The position numbers were made by a program, and so were the translations under genes. Below are positions 63,462 through 64,000 of a stretch of DNA of 64,000 nucleotides, piece by piece; the stretch's first letter is position 1; each line of letters opens with the position of its first letter. Source of the stretch: an uncultured Gammaproteobacteria bacterium (GTDB lineage Bacteria; Patescibacteriota; Patescibacteriia; 2-12-FULL-57-11). The DNA is taken from the NCBI GenBank assembly GCA_964648865.1, contig CAZYLV010000004.1, forward strand, positions 2,740 through 66,739, read 5' to 3'. The notes beneath the pieces are model-generated. The model saw nothing but the letters and a program-made list of their open reading frames with translations, ran no database searches and was not told the origin of the DNA.

Positions 63462-63531
63462 AACCCTGGACAGAATCCGAGACTCCGAGTAAGTCAGGGG
63501 GCAGGTCTTCACAACAGAAAGGACCGAGGCG

Positions 63532-64000
63532 ATGGAACGGTTGGTCATCGAGAAAACGCTCGGCATCCCGGCCGAGGAGGTGCTCGCCAAACAGCACAAC
63601 CTCTGGATGGGCATCAGCAACAGCGGATGGTTCGAGGAACATCTCGAACAGATCGTGCTCTGGGCACTCGCCCACACCAAGGAGAAGCTCCTGGTCGTCG
63701 TGCCCGGTCGGCTGTGGGCGGTCAACCTCCACCACGTCGACAAAAAGAGCCGCGCCCGCGCGCTCCGTCTCGCCTTCGCCAAGGAGGCGCAGTACTATAA
63801 GCGGATCCACGACGCGCTGCCGGCGGACGCCGAGGGCCGCGTGCGCATCGTCGGCTACGACGAAATCCTGACGGCCGGATACGTCCACTGGCGCGAGCTG
63901 TTCTACCGCGCCTTCAGTGAGGAAGGGCCGTTCTACGACCGCGTCATGGACATCGCGCGGGACTACCTCGCCAGCCGAGGCCGCACGATCAACAAGGACC
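63532..64000 (+). CDS. tRNA-dependent cyclodipeptide synthase-like protein, runs off the window end
   Basis: Manual translation MERLVIEKTLGIPAEEVLAKQHNLWMGISNSGWF...ILWALAHTKEKLLVVVP..LWAVN; open to the window end. Confidence 0.55.
   Translation, partial: MERLVIEKTLGIPAEEVLAKQHNLWMGISNSGWFEEHLEQIVLWALAHTKEKLLVVVPGRLWAVNLHHVDKKSRARALRLAFAKEAQYYKRIHDALPADAEGRVRIVGYDEILTAGYVHWRELFYRAFSEEGPFYDRVMDIARDYLASRGRTINKD

Overview
A 64-kb, GC-rich (roughly 70% by eye) bacterial chromosomal segment. It is most consistent with a Patescibacteria/CPR genome of the ABY1/Uhrbacteria type. This is inferred from a CPR-type surface repeat domain, CPR-style DGR parts, a short IF2, a short S1 and SD-less housekeeping genes. 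The backbone is housekeeping: rpmB, DEAD helicase, ndk, comEC, glmS, leuS, trxB/trxA, infB, truB, rny-ymdB-HU, proS, typA, purM, pilT, rnc, nusB, rpmF, gyrA, rpsA, ftsH, pilB/gspE, tsaE/tsaD and three tRNAs. The most striking accessory feature is a ~6-kb co-oriented array (34.5-40.6 kb) of mostly unrelated, mainly secreted or lipoprotein genes. Seven of its spacers carry copies of a conserved, covarying two-hairpin element ending at or near a strong Shine-Dalgarno site, and no integrase is seen. Other notable items: a broken DGR (target gene with VR and hairpin, plus an RT C-terminal stump, no TR/avd); three tandem, highly diverged DHH/MYG1-like paralogs; a RelA/SpoT-fold orphan; two 6S-like long hairpins; a RAYT transposase with REPs, one in-frame in tsaD; a palindromic in-frame insertion in truB; an atypical tRNA-Lys; a partial cyclodipeptide synthase-like gene; and a split between leaderless-type housekeeping genes and SD-led orphan genes. 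All family assignments are from motif recognition by eye, not database searches.
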